Assembly: GCA_016699695.1 (NCBI GenBank)
Contig: CP065006.1
Coordinates: 1,392,521 to 1,456,520 of the forward strand
Length of the DNA: 64,000 nt
Direction of reading: 5' to 3'
DNA from: Bacteroidota bacterium
Lineage (GTDB): Bacteria; Bacteroidota; Bacteroidia; Bacteroidales; UBA10428
Below the pieces are notes generated by a model. It had not been told where the DNA came from and searched no databases. It was given only the letters and a program-made list of their open reading frames with translations. The number at the start of each line of letters is the position of its first letter. Position 1 is the stretch's first letter. Both the position numbers and the translations under genes were made by a program. Below, piece by piece: positions 50,250-59,608 of this stretch.

Positions 50250-50804
50250 TTAGCTTTGAGCAGGGAAATTCTTGAAAAGTTTTTTAAGCGATACCATGAC
50301 AGATTGTTGACGTTTTTTCTGGTTTTCAACAACTTCCAGAGTCACAACTCCCTGCCAAATTAAAAGGCGCTCCTTTTGATTAAACATGTCTACAATCATA
50401 GTGCCCTGGAGATAATCGACTTTTTTATAATAGGTCGAGGAGTTTAAACCAAATCCAAAAGGATAATAATAACTGTATCCACCTGTGCTGTAATAGCGTG
50501 TGTAATTGATAGCATCACGTTTCTCATCGAGGAGCACCAGTACATTCACAGCCAAATCAGCATCAGTGGTTACTTTTTGATAACCCATAGCATTTAGCTC
50601 CTTTTCGAGCTGATCAAACAAGCGCTTTTGGGCATTAGGTCCAATGTATTCTGAGCTACCCGGATCCCAGGGCAAAAACATAAAGGTCTTAAAAGATTTG
50701 AAATCAGCCTTGGCATCGTAATCTGAAGTAACCTGAAGTTTGGAGGAACAAGAAAACAAGATTGCTGATAGGACTAAAACAATACTAACTCTAATTTTTG
50801 TCAT
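50250..50804 (-). CDS. DUF4136-like lipoprotein
   Basis: 184 aa with the lipobox AILFSC and the pattern SDYD...DF..FKTF. Confidence 0.6.
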   Translation of the reverse strand: MTKIRVSIVLVLSAILFSCSSKLQVTSDYDAKADFKSFKTFMFLPWDPGSSEYIGPNAQKRLFDQLEKELNAMGYQKVTTDADLAVNVLVLLDEKRDAINYTRYYSTGGYSYYYPFGFGLNSSTYYKKVDYLQGTMIVDMFNQKERLLIWQGVVTLEVVENQKKRQQSVMVSLKKLFKNFPAQS

Positions 50805-50908
50805 GTCTCGAAAGGTGTTATGCTATTTATAATAAAATCGAAGTATGCAGATTTTCAAGTTCAAAGAAAAAAACCTACCTTATCGCAATGATAATTAGTT
50901 TAAAACAG

Positions 50909-51196
50909 ATGCGCAAATTAGTACTAATTTCTATCACCTCCACATTCTTTTTAGCCTCTTGCCAGCTAAATCAGTCGAAAGATCTAAAAAAAATGACCGA
51001 CGAGATTTGTTTTGCCATGGAACAGTATGACGAATCGAACCCTATAAGCCTTCTGTTGGTTGCAGATTCACTCGCCAGTATTTCTGAAGAAGCGCAAACC
51101 CTTTCGAAAAGGGAACAATTGAAGCTCAAGCGGCTGCTCGAATCGAAATGCCCCGATGGATTTAATAAACTCAATGCCCTAATTTCGTCCTGGTAA
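50909..51196 (+). CDS. small hypothetical lipoprotein
   Basis: I prefer the start at 50909, which gives MRKLVLISITSTFFLASC with a lipobox. The upstream part of the ORF-track ORF overlaps the neighbouring gene. Confidence 0.5.
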   Translation: MRKLVLISITSTFFLASCQLNQSKDLKKMTDEICFAMEQYDESNPISLLLVADSLASISEEAQTLSKREQLKLKRLLESKCPDGFNKLNALISSW

Positions 51197-51203
51197 TTTT
51201 CGG

Positions 51204-51308
51204 AATGAAGCTCCCCGCAGCATGCTGACGGGGTATCTGCAAAGGATTTTATTCTATTCGCCTCACAAGGCGGGTTATTTACCCGCGTACCCGCTTTCAC
51301 GAATAAAT
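51204..51308 (+). repeat. interspersed structured repeat, copy B (uninterrupted)
   Basis: It is about 85% identical to 17199-17294 plus the shared CACGAATAAAT tail. It contains the hairpins CCCCG-CAGCATGCTGA-CGGGG and GCGGGT-TATTT-ACCCGC. Confidence 0.8.
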
Positions 51309-51341
51309 GAAGATTAAAGAATTAACCTCCCTAAAAACAAA

Positions 51342-51364
51342 AACCTCACCGGAAGTGAGGTTTT
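51342..51364. terminator. bidirectional intrinsic terminator at the end of the ten-gene locus
   Basis: AACCTCAC-CGGAA-GTGAGGTT with an A-run before and TT(TT) after. It sits between convergent genes. Confidence 0.75.
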
Positions 51365-51383
51365 ATATTTAGCGTACTGTCAT

Positions 51384-51830
51384 TTAAAGTTTCTCGACGA
51401 AAGACATTATGCCTGCAGCCTTCCCTGGCTTACCATCTTTAAAAAAGATGAAAACATGGTATACCCCCGTTTTCTGACATTTAAAATCGAAATAGGGAAA
51501 GTCTTTTCCAAGTGACTCCATGTAAGTAGCACCCTGTAGCATATTTAAATCGTACAGCTGCAAAACAGCTTCTCCTTCTGAATCGGGTGCATTGCAAATG
51601 GAAAAACGGTAATTGGTGTTTTTGCTCAATACCAATGAAAACTTAACTTGTGGTGGTTTACCCCCAGGGGTACCGGCATCAAGTGTAGCCACAAAATCTT
51701 TCAAAAAAGTAACATCACCTGCACTGGCAGCGCACTGTCCAACTAACTCCATATCGCTTTGAGCATAGAGGGTAGCTGATAAGCTTGCTAAGAGGAATAA
51801 GGTAAAGAAGGATTTTATAATATTCTTCAT
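51384..51830 (-). CDS. small secreted protein, function unknown
   Basis: 148 aa with the signal peptide MKNIIKSFFTLFLLASLSATLYAQ and 4 Cys. Its start lies 2 nt after the upstream gene's stop. Confidence 0.65.
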   Translation of the reverse strand: MKNIIKSFFTLFLLASLSATLYAQSDMELVGQCAASAGDVTFLKDFVATLDAGTPGGKPPQVKFSLVLSKNTNYRFSICNAPDSEGEAVLQLYDLNMLQGATYMESLGKDFPYFDFKCQKTGVYHVFIFFKDGKPGKAAGIMSFVEKL

Positions 51831-51832
51831 GG

Positions 51833-52738
51833 TTATTGCTTAATTAACTTGTTACGGATCTTTTCAGTATCCTCTATAATTTTCTCAATTTGCTTGTCGG
51901 AAATCTCTACATAACTTACATCATTCTGAATAATAGTAAGCATACCATCTTTTTCAATGGCTTCCGGTTCTCCTTTTTTAATAGTTATAGTTACTTCTTT
52001 TAAATCGTCTTGTATTACTTTAAAATCGGTAATTAGGGCACTAAATTGTTTATCAGATTTAAAATTATCCAGGAAAATCATTAACCTGTCGAGAATTATC
52101 TTTTGCTCACCAATTCGCTCTCTAAGCTCAGGGTGCGGAGATTCTTTGTAAACCTGGGTGGCAAGGTACATACCCTCGATCCATAATCCCGAAATAATTA
52201 ATACGCTTAGGTTACTCCGGTTATTATTGCGCAAATAGCGGTCCATTCGGTTAAAGCTATGCACCGAAATGAACATCAGCGAATCGAGATTTGAATTGCT
52301 TTGAGCAAGACGCTTAAGGGTGTTAAAATCGAAGAACTGACCTACATTAATGCCATCGGCAAGGGTTTTAATTGCACTGATGTAATCAATTACACTATTT
52401 GTTTTATTATAAATATTCAGGTAACCCAAATCAACACCATATACACCCAAATTGAAAGCCTGTTGAAAATTGGTGGAGTAATTTTCTATATTGGTAGTTG
52501 GGGCCAGGTATTTGTTCGAATAGGTAACATTAAGCCTTTTAATCAATGCAGCCATTTCTACCGGCGAAGACATGTTGTCGACAAATTCCTGCACATCCTG
52601 CTCTGATATCTCGAGCACGCCTTCGTTGATTACATTCTCAGGGATGTCATTAAAATCCTCCCGATTTTTGTTCCCCCCCGAATTACAAGCGTATATAAAT
52701 AAAACGCTAACGAGTAAATAGCCAATCTTTTTTATCAT
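51833..52738 (-). CDS. helical lipoprotein, function unknown
   Basis: 301 aa with the lipobox VLFIYAC. Confidence 0.65.
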   Translation of the reverse strand: MIKKIGYLLVSVLFIYACNSGGNKNREDFNDIPENVINEGVLEISEQDVQEFVDNMSSPVEMAALIKRLNVTYSNKYLAPTTNIENYSTNFQQAFNLGVYGVDLGYLNIYNKTNSVIDYISAIKTLADGINVGQFFDFNTLKRLAQSNSNLDSLMFISVHSFNRMDRYLRNNNRSNLSVLIISGLWIEGMYLATQVYKESPHPELRERIGEQKIILDRLMIFLDNFKSDKQFSALITDFKVIQDDLKEVTITIKKGEPEAIEKDGMLTIIQNDVSYVEISDKQIEKIIEDTEKIRNKLIKQ

Positions 52739-52765
52739 AGCGATGTGTTGATTTATCCTTTATTA

Positions 52766-52773
52766 CAAATTTA
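52766..52773 (-). promoter_or_regulatory. candidate internal -7 box (TAAATTTG on the minus strand)
   Basis: The plus strand reads CAAATTTA, about 28 nt upstream of the lipoprotein ATG at 52738, in the 70-nt gap after the ABC gene. Confidence 0.35.
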
Positions 52774-52808
52774 ATATACTTTTAAAATAATAAAAACTAT
52801 GGGCTTTA

Positions 52809-55800
52809 TTATCCTTTCTTTTTAGCGAGCTTATCGCCAATTGTTAAGAGCCTTTTCAATCCATCGATGTACAAAAGAAAATAAAAGAAGCCAACTAATA
52901 TCCAGATTGCTACAATATTGTACCAGTAAGTATCAAAATACCTGCCAAAAAGTGGCTTACGGGGTGCAAAAAAGTGTGTGCGGATATTAAAGACACTCAT
53001 GGGAATAGGATCTAAATAGATAGGATCGATATTCTGAACCAGATGATTGTCGTACTCAAGAATTTTATTGGTTTCATAAATTTTCTTCATGATATCGGCA
53101 ATACTTTCGTTGAAATATTGGTCGCGCACCTCTTTATACTGATCAGGTCGGCTTTCAAGAAAGTAGTTGATAATGTTTTGCCGCTTTTGGTTAGCAATGG
53201 TATAAGCCAAACCATAATATTTATCGAGTTCTTTTAAGTATTCATGCACCTTTCGACCTGCACTCAAATCAAAGTTTTCTGGTTTTAAAATCTCCAAATC
53301 CTCAAAAATAACAGGTGCAGGAAATTTTTCGCCGGTATTTTCGAAAATAGCCTGGTTCTCCTCCATAATTAATTCGGCCAGTTTATTCTCCTTCCGTATT
53401 TCGTTGTATATCAGTTCCAGATCCTGCTTGGTTACATCAACATGGTTAATGTTGCGTATTTCTTTATCAATCCTGTTAAGTCTTTCACGCATCTGCGGTA
53501 TTTGGTATACCTTTTTAAAATCTGCACGACTTTCCTCTTTCTCGAGTAAGTAAAAACGCTGAGTAAATTTATTCTCTTTAAATTGGTTCACCATCAGCGC
53601 TTCATACGACCATTTTGTAGGCATCAACTCAGCTATGAAGGGTACTTTGTCTACCCTGCCAACCGTGCGGTTTAACTTTTCGAAACTGAACATGGCTCCA
53701 CTTAAAATCATCATCGGAATCATGACCAGAGGAATAAGTATGTAGATGGTAACCGCAGAATTAAAAGTAGCAGAAATGTTTAATCCAAGCATATTGGCAA
53801 AGGCTGCTGTTGAAAACAATGCGAGCCAATAGGGCAGGAACATACCTTTAATGCCCAAAATATTGTTGGCTATAACAACAAAAAGAAAAGCCTGAATAGC
53901 ACTGATAATAAACAAGATAGTTATTTTCGATACCAGGTAGCTCGATCGGCTCAGGTTAAGAAATTTTTCGCGCTTTAAAATCTTACGGTCTTTAAATATT
54001 TCTTCGGCACTTACCATAAAACCAAGAAACAGTGCAACAATAAGTGCCATGAAGATATAAATGGAGATATTGTCGTTTTGCCTGAAAATGTAAATTTTCG
54101 AATTAGGATCTTCGATGTAACGGATAATGTATGCAAGAATAAAGCCCAGTACCGGGGCTTCTAGCAGGTTAAGATACACATACTGTCGGTTACCGATTTT
54201 CGATAGAAAATCGCGTACGCCATATATTTTAAGCTGGGAGAACCAGTTGGGAATATCTAATGACTTGGGAGGAGTTTCATCCACCTCCTCGAAAGAATCC
54301 TGAAAGAAATTATTCTGGTAGCTTTCTTCCCATTTTTCAGGAGAAACTTTCCGCACATTGGTGTAATTTCCGAATTCATCCACCACATGGGCTTCGATGA
54401 TGTTAAAGATAAGCTCCGGATTTACATTGCCGCATGTAGGACATTCTCCTACATCGCTGTTAATCTGAGCATCCATACGTTTAAAATACATCACCCCTTC
54501 GACTGGATTGCCGTAATAGATCTGATAGCCTCCGGTGTCGAGAATTATCATTTTGTCGAACATTTTATAAATGTCAGACGATGGTTGGTGAATAACCACA
54601 AATATAAGTTTCCCTTTGAGGGTTAATTCACGCAAAAGATCCATCACATTTTCCGAATCACGCGAAGAAAGACCTGAAGTGGGTTCGTCAACAAAAAGAA
54701 TGGAAGGTTCGCGGATCAATTCCAGGGCTATATTCAGGCGTTTGCGTTGTCCGCCGCTTATGGTTTTATTTAAAGGTGAGCCTACTTTCAGGTCACGGCG
54801 GTCGAACAAGCCAAGATTTTGTAAGGTTTTGTTTACCAGTTCGCTAATTTCTGCTTCCGATTTGTTTTTAAAACATAATTTGGCATTGAAGTACAGATTT
54901 TCAAAAACAGTAAGCTCTTCAATCAAGAGATCATCCTGAGGTATAAGTCCTATTACCCCTTCGAGCTGATCTTTGTCGGTGTGCAGGTTAATGGTGTTGA
55001 TAAGCACCTCTCCGGAGGTGGGTTTATCAATGCCAGATAAAACGTTTAGCAGGGTAGTTTTTCCGGCGCCGCTAGCTCCCATAATGCCTATCAACCGGCC
55101 ATTGCCTTCGGAAAATGTTATGTTCCGTAACCCCAGGTTTCCATTGGCAAATTTATAGCTGATGTCCTGAACGTTAAAAGATATCCGGCTCGAAGTAATA
55201 TCGGCCAGAAAATGCGCGGCGATGTCGCTATAATAAATTGGTGAGCCCTTGGGTACCTTTACTGTACTTCCACTGGCGAAAAGATAGATACGTGCGTTGC
55301 TGATCGGCAATCCGTTGAGGTACAGATCCTGATTGCCGGTATATTTTAAAAAGTATAAATCGACACTTGTTACGCGTAGGATAAATATATTGGTATCGAG
55401 GTGTTTGGTGCCAATAAACTTAGCATGTTGATAATGCTCGTGACGGTCGTTTATGATACAGATGTTATTGTCGTCAAGCTCCTGGGCTTCATTTTTTACG
55501 ACAAACAGCTCAATGCTCTTAAACTCATCCTGGCTCACATTAAAAACCTCGGCAACCGTGTTGATAAGCGCCATACGCTGATCGGAGAATTTCCGGTCGG
55601 CATTGACAATTTCGAAAAGCCTTACCAGGGCAACTATCTTTTGCTTCTGGGTTAAGGTTTTATTGATTTTTTTACAAAGACCCAGTGTACGAACTGAATC
55701 CTTCACGGAGGTTAATTTGCCTTTTTCCTGGGCATCGCCAGAAAGGCCGGCATTCTCTTCGAAAAGCGAAAAATACTCTGATACCTTATCGGCAGTAATC

Positions 55801-55913
55801 TGCTGCTCGAGAAAATTTTTCACATATTCAACCTGTGTTTTCTCGACACCTTCATCTTGCTTTGCCACAATGGCAAAGAGTTGCATCAACGCCTTTAGTA
55901 TCTCTTCACTCAT
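52809..55913 (-). CDS. fused ABC transporter (ATPase plus ABC-2/ABCG-type permease) with an N-terminal TerB-like domain and an FHA-like segment
   Basis: 1034 aa with Walker A GASGAGKTT (aa 279-287), the signature ISGGQRKRL and Walker B ILFVDEPTSGLS. TM helices span about aa 570-760, followed by an insert of about 240 aa before the last TM (YWYNIVAIWILVGFFYFLLYI). The N-terminal 140 aa or so are helical and TerB-like. Confidence 0.85.
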   Translation of the reverse strand: MSEEILKALMQLFAIVAKQDEGVEKTQVEYVKNFLEQQITADKVSEYFSLFEENAGLSGDAQEKGKLTSVKDSVRTLGLCKKINKTLTQKQKIVALVRLFEIVNADRKFSDQRMALINTVAEVFNVSQDEFKSIELFVVKNEAQELDDNNICIINDRHEHYQHAKFIGTKHLDTNIFILRVTSVDLYFLKYTGNQDLYLNGLPISNARIYLFASGSTVKVPKGSPIYYSDIAAHFLADITSSRISFNVQDISYKFANGNLGLRNITFSEGNGRLIGIMGASGAGKTTLLNVLSGIDKPTSGEVLINTINLHTDKDQLEGVIGLIPQDDLLIEELTVFENLYFNAKLCFKNKSEAEISELVNKTLQNLGLFDRRDLKVGSPLNKTISGGQRKRLNIALELIREPSILFVDEPTSGLSSRDSENVMDLLRELTLKGKLIFVVIHQPSSDIYKMFDKMIILDTGGYQIYYGNPVEGVMYFKRMDAQINSDVGECPTCGNVNPELIFNIIEAHVVDEFGNYTNVRKVSPEKWEESYQNNFFQDSFEEVDETPPKSLDIPNWFSQLKIYGVRDFLSKIGNRQYVYLNLLEAPVLGFILAYIIRYIEDPNSKIYIFRQNDNISIYIFMALIVALFLGFMVSAEEIFKDRKILKREKFLNLSRSSYLVSKITILFIISAIQAFLFVVIANNILGIKGMFLPYWLALFSTAAFANMLGLNISATFNSAVTIYILIPLVMIPMMILSGAMFSFEKLNRTVGRVDKVPFIAELMPTKWSYEALMVNQFKENKFTQRFYLLEKEESRADFKKVYQIPQMRERLNRIDKEIRNINHVDVTKQDLELIYNEIRKENKLAELIMEENQAIFENTGEKFPAPVIFEDLEILKPENFDLSAGRKVHEYLKELDKYYGLAYTIANQKRQNIINYFLESRPDQYKEVRDQYFNESIADIMKKIYETNKILEYDNHLVQNIDPIYLDPIPMSVFNIRTHFFAPRKPLFGRYFDTYWYNIVAIWILVGFFYFLLYIDGLKRLLTIGDKLAKKKG

Positions 55914-55936
55914 CTATCCGTCTGTTTTTTACCCAA

Positions 55937-56317
55937 CTATGCCGAATAGGGTACTTGTTCAAAGGGCACATCCACAATGTCGGCATATTCTTCGCCTGCC
56001 TCTTCCATGTCTTCATCGTCTTCGGGATAATGCCAACGAATGAGTACCTCGTTTCCGGCTTCATGAATTTCTTCAAGCTTCATAAGCACATCGAGAAGAA
56101 GTTTAGAAGAGGCTGTATTGAAATACACCAATTTAAAGTTGAAAACCGTTTTAGGATTAGGGCTTTCGGCATATTCATCCAGCCAGGTTAGAATGGGGTC
56201 GTAGAATGATGCCACATCTTCTGGAAGAGAACGTCCGGATATCTCCATCATTTCCTTTTCCTTGTCGAGAATAACTTTGGGCGTATCTTCTGTACCTTGT
56301 ATTTTAATTGTTTCCAT
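55937..56317 (-). CDS. DUF1987 / SiaC-like partner-switch phosphoprotein
   Basis: 126 aa with the pattern TPKVILD...ISGRSLPED...FYDPILTWL...KLVYFNTASSK.LLDVL. An acidic C-terminus follows. Confidence 0.75.
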   Translation of the reverse strand: METIKIQGTEDTPKVILDKEKEMMEISGRSLPEDVASFYDPILTWLDEYAESPNPKTVFNFKLVYFNTASSKLLLDVLMKLEEIHEAGNEVLIRWHYPEDDEDMEEAGEEYADIVDVPFEQVPYSA

Positions 56318-56374
56318 ATCAGAACAATTTATTGTATGTATTATTTTTTGTTATCGATTTGTCGTATTAAAAAT

Positions 56375-56953
56375 CTATTCGTCTCTTCCAATGGTCGAAG
56401 TTAATAAAAAGAAAGAAGTATCGTTCGAAATAGGCAAAAAGTGATACTCCAGGTCGCGGCCTGTTTTGCGCTTGATGTCGATAAAACCAAGACCAGCTCC
56501 ACCTTTGTCTGAGAGACGTCCTTCCTTCATTTGCTTTTTGTAAAGCAGTTTTAGTTCTTCTTTATCCATGCGGTTAATGTTTTCAAGCATTTTGGTAAGA
56601 TCCTCGATACGGCTGTTTTCGACGGCATTGCCCGTTGTAACGCTGTACTCGTTCTCGCCTTTGCTTACAAGAAAGATTCCTCTTCCTGAAAACAGAAAAT
56701 CGCTGGAAGTAAAGTCATCGGCATGCTTGCTTATATTTTGCAGGCACTCGACCATTACGTGAAATACTTTCCGTTGAACCGTTCCCGGCTCATCTTCTTT
56801 CGCCATGTTCGACTCTGTTAGTGAGGTAAAGGCTTTGGTAATCTGGTGGGTAATTTCGCCTTCGTACACCAACGTAATTTCATGGGCTTTCATGGATTTA
56901 TAAAACTCATAAACAAACTCCAGGAAGCCTTTTACATCTTTCTTATTATCCAT
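56375..56953 (-). CDS. SiaB-like GHKL-fold Ser/Thr protein kinase (RsbW/SpoIIAB-like)
   Basis: 192 aa with the N-box-like VECLQNISKHA and the G-box DKGGAGLGFIDIKRK. Confidence 0.7.
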   Translation of the reverse strand: MDNKKDVKGFLEFVYEFYKSMKAHEITLVYEGEITHQITKAFTSLTESNMAKEDEPGTVQRKVFHVMVECLQNISKHADDFTSSDFLFSGRGIFLVSKGENEYSVTTGNAVENSRIEDLTKMLENINRMDKEELKLLYKKQMKEGRLSDKGGAGLGFIDIKRKTGRDLEYHFLPISNDTSFFLLTSTIGRDE

Positions 56954-56978
56954 AATTAACCGTTTTTAAAAATCCGTT

Positions 56979-59603
56979 TTAAATTAGTTCAATACCTATT
57001 AAAAGCACATCGTCAATTTGCTTATGATCGGCCATCCACTCCTTAAAGTCTTTGGCAAATAAAGCATTAAATTCTTCCATTGTCAAGTTTTTGTTTTCAA
57101 TTATGTTGTCGCGTATTCGTTTGGGCGAATACTTCTTAATTTCCGGACCGCCCAACTGGTCAGGCATTCCATCTGAAAAGAAAAAGATTTTATCGCCATA
57201 CTCATAATTGATTACATGGTTCGTAAACTCCTTTTCCATTTTGCTCTTATGAGGTATTCCTCCAATGGCTTTGCGATCGCCTTTGAATTCGAGGAGTTCA
57301 TCTTTGCGTAGCAGGTAAAGGGGTCTGTGGGCACCACTATATTGTAAAATTTTTCTGTCGTTGTCAATCAGGCAAAAGGCTATATCCATTCCATCGCGGG
57401 CTTCGGCATCACTTTCTTCCTGCTTAAGAGTGGCCCTTACTTGTCCATGCAGGTCGTCGAGAATGCTCGAGGCAGTGTGTTCTTTGTCGTGATCGACGAT
57501 GTTGTTGAGCAAAAAATAACCAATGAAGGAGAGCAAGGCCCCTGGAACTCCATGGCCTGTGCAATCGACTGCAGCAATGTAGGTAATGTCGTTCTTACGG
57601 AAAAACCATGGAAAGTCGCCACTTACTACATCACGGGGTGTATAATAAATGAAGGAAGACGGGAGATACCTGCGAATAATATTGTTATCGGGAAGTATGG
57701 AGGTTTGTATACGTTGGGCATAGTTTATCGAATCTTCGATTTTCCGGTTCTTGTCTTGTATTTCGAGTTCTATACGCTTGGCTTCGGTAATATCGTGCCC
57801 CACAAAGAGTATAGTTTCCAATTCGTTTTCGTTGTACTCAGGTATGGCCACAAAACTCATAATCCGATCAGAAAGTTCATCATCGAGCATTACCGGAAGG
57901 GTAATCTCGGCATTGGCTTTTACAGGGTTGGCCTTAATTTGCTCTATTGTTTCGCGGAAGTAATTAAACAGTACTTCTGTAAAATTAACTTCGTTGAGTG
58001 TCTTGTTGAGAAGGTCTTTCACTTCTATTCCCAGGTATCTTTCGGTAACGGGGTTGGCATAGAAAAACTGGCCGACTGTACTCAAACGCATAATCATATC
58101 GAGTGAGTTTTCTGAAAGTGCCTGCATTTTACTACGCATGCGCTCTTCTTTTTCGGCCCGTTTCCGTTCGGTAATATCGGTTGAATTGAGAATAATGCCG
58201 CTAATAGCTTTGTCGTGAAGCAGGTTGCGGCCTGTGGTCTCGAGAAATATCTTCTGACCATTTTTCTTCATGTAAGTGTATTGTATCGACACAGTATGGT
58301 CAGGATGCTCCAACAGTTCCTTAAACATGTCGCGCATAGCCGATTCTCCTCGTCGGGTGAGGCGGTCCATGTCTTTTCCGCCCATCATCTCTTCCGGGGT
58401 ATACCCTAATATTTTGGTTACCGAGGGGCTCTCGTAAGTGAGCTCCATGTTTTGGTTATAAATGGCTATTATCTCCGAAGCATTTTCGAGCAAAGAATAA
58501 AGGCGCTTTTGGGCATCTTCTACCTTCTGTATATTGGCTTCGAGCTGCTCGTTCGATTTTTGAAGTTCTTCCTGGGTAGCCCTCATTTCCTCGGCATTTT
58601 GCCTGAGTTGTTCTTCGTTCTCCTGCAATTCGTAAGTCATTTTTTGGGCTTCTTGCAGAAGCTGTTCGGTACGCTGGTTAATTCGAAGGTTGAAAAGCGT
58701 ACGCGCAATTACTTCGCCCAGCTCTTTTAAAAACCGGATGGTCAGCTCGGGTATTTCGCTCTGTATGCTGGCAAACTCAATTACACCCTGAAGTTTTTCG
58801 TCTGAAATTAACGGAATAAGAAGGAGACTTCCAGGCTTTTGATCTCCCAGAATGCCTGAGGTAATGGTGGCATAATCTTCAGGTATTTCGGTACGGTATA
58901 TAAAATCTTTCTCATAGGCACACTCACCAATGAGTCCATAGCCTAACTTAAACTCCTGGTTGATGTACTTTTTGCGGTTGTATGCATAGGTTGCAACATT
59001 GGTAAGTAGTTTCCGCTCTTCGTCGTACAGATAAAGTGCCCCCTGAACCACCTTGATATAATGCACTAACTCTTTTATAACCTGACCTGCCAACAGGTCG
59101 ATTTTATTATTGATTCGTAAAATATCCGAAACAATCTCTTTCCCTTCGGCTATCCAGCTTTGCTCCGAGTCGCGCATTGAATTCTGAGCCAGATTTTCGC
59201 GCATAATAAGCAACGACTCAGCCAGTGTATCTGTTTCGCCGGAAAGATCAAGAGCCGAATTAAAATCTCCCTCGCCAATTTTCTTGGCAAACTCAGCCAT
59301 CAGGGCCATGCGCTCATCGCGCTTACGTAGTCTTCGTTGAAAATTGTCTTTCGCGGTATTCCATTGTACCGAAAAAAGGAAGGCTAAAAATCCTAAAATG
59401 AAGGGTGCCAGATCGACCAGGTAAATCACAGGATTGAGCTGGTGAATCTGACCGATTCCTTTAAAACCAAAGGCAACTTTAAATCTGATAAATTCGATGA
59501 TCCAGGCTATTAAAGGAAATGCCAATCCTATAATCGCAGCAATTGGAGCCGGGTTTGTTTCGGCTTTTAATATTCGTTGATATAGTTCTTTTATCCCTGT
59601 CAT
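56979..59603 (-). CDS. membrane-anchored GAF-PAS-PAS-PP2C (SpoIIE-type) phosphatase, SiaA-like
   Basis: 874 aa with 2 N-terminal TM helices, a GAF domain (about aa 165-300), a Glu/Gln-rich coiled coil (aa 311-355) and two PAS-like modules. The PP2C motifs are SGDFPWFF and AAVDCTGHGVPGALLS. Confidence 0.85.
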   Translation of the reverse strand: MTGIKELYQRILKAETNPAPIAAIIGLAFPLIAWIIEFIRFKVAFGFKGIGQIHQLNPVIYLVDLAPFILGFLAFLFSVQWNTAKDNFQRRLRKRDERMALMAEFAKKIGEGDFNSALDLSGETDTLAESLLIMRENLAQNSMRDSEQSWIAEGKEIVSDILRINNKIDLLAGQVIKELVHYIKVVQGALYLYDEERKLLTNVATYAYNRKKYINQEFKLGYGLIGECAYEKDFIYRTEIPEDYATITSGILGDQKPGSLLLIPLISDEKLQGVIEFASIQSEIPELTIRFLKELGEVIARTLFNLRINQRTEQLLQEAQKMTYELQENEEQLRQNAEEMRATQEELQKSNEQLEANIQKVEDAQKRLYSLLENASEIIAIYNQNMELTYESPSVTKILGYTPEEMMGGKDMDRLTRRGESAMRDMFKELLEHPDHTVSIQYTYMKKNGQKIFLETTGRNLLHDKAISGIILNSTDITERKRAEKEERMRSKMQALSENSLDMIMRLSTVGQFFYANPVTERYLGIEVKDLLNKTLNEVNFTEVLFNYFRETIEQIKANPVKANAEITLPVMLDDELSDRIMSFVAIPEYNENELETILFVGHDITEAKRIELEIQDKNRKIEDSINYAQRIQTSILPDNNIIRRYLPSSFIYYTPRDVVSGDFPWFFRKNDITYIAAVDCTGHGVPGALLSFIGYFLLNNIVDHDKEHTASSILDDLHGQVRATLKQEESDAEARDGMDIAFCLIDNDRKILQYSGAHRPLYLLRKDELLEFKGDRKAIGGIPHKSKMEKEFTNHVINYEYGDKIFFFSDGMPDQLGGPEIKKYSPKRIRDNIIENKNLTMEEFNALFAKDFKEWMADHKQIDDVLLIGIELI

Positions 59604-59608
59604 GTACC

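Noticed and set aside
50971-51300. 109-aa minus-strand ORF (MKAGTRVNNPPCEANRIKSFADTPSACCGELHS...)
   Set aside because: Its 5' part is a translation of interspersed repeat copy B. The rest is antisense to the lipoprotein gene 50909-51196. The corresponding frame in copy A stops after 16 codons.
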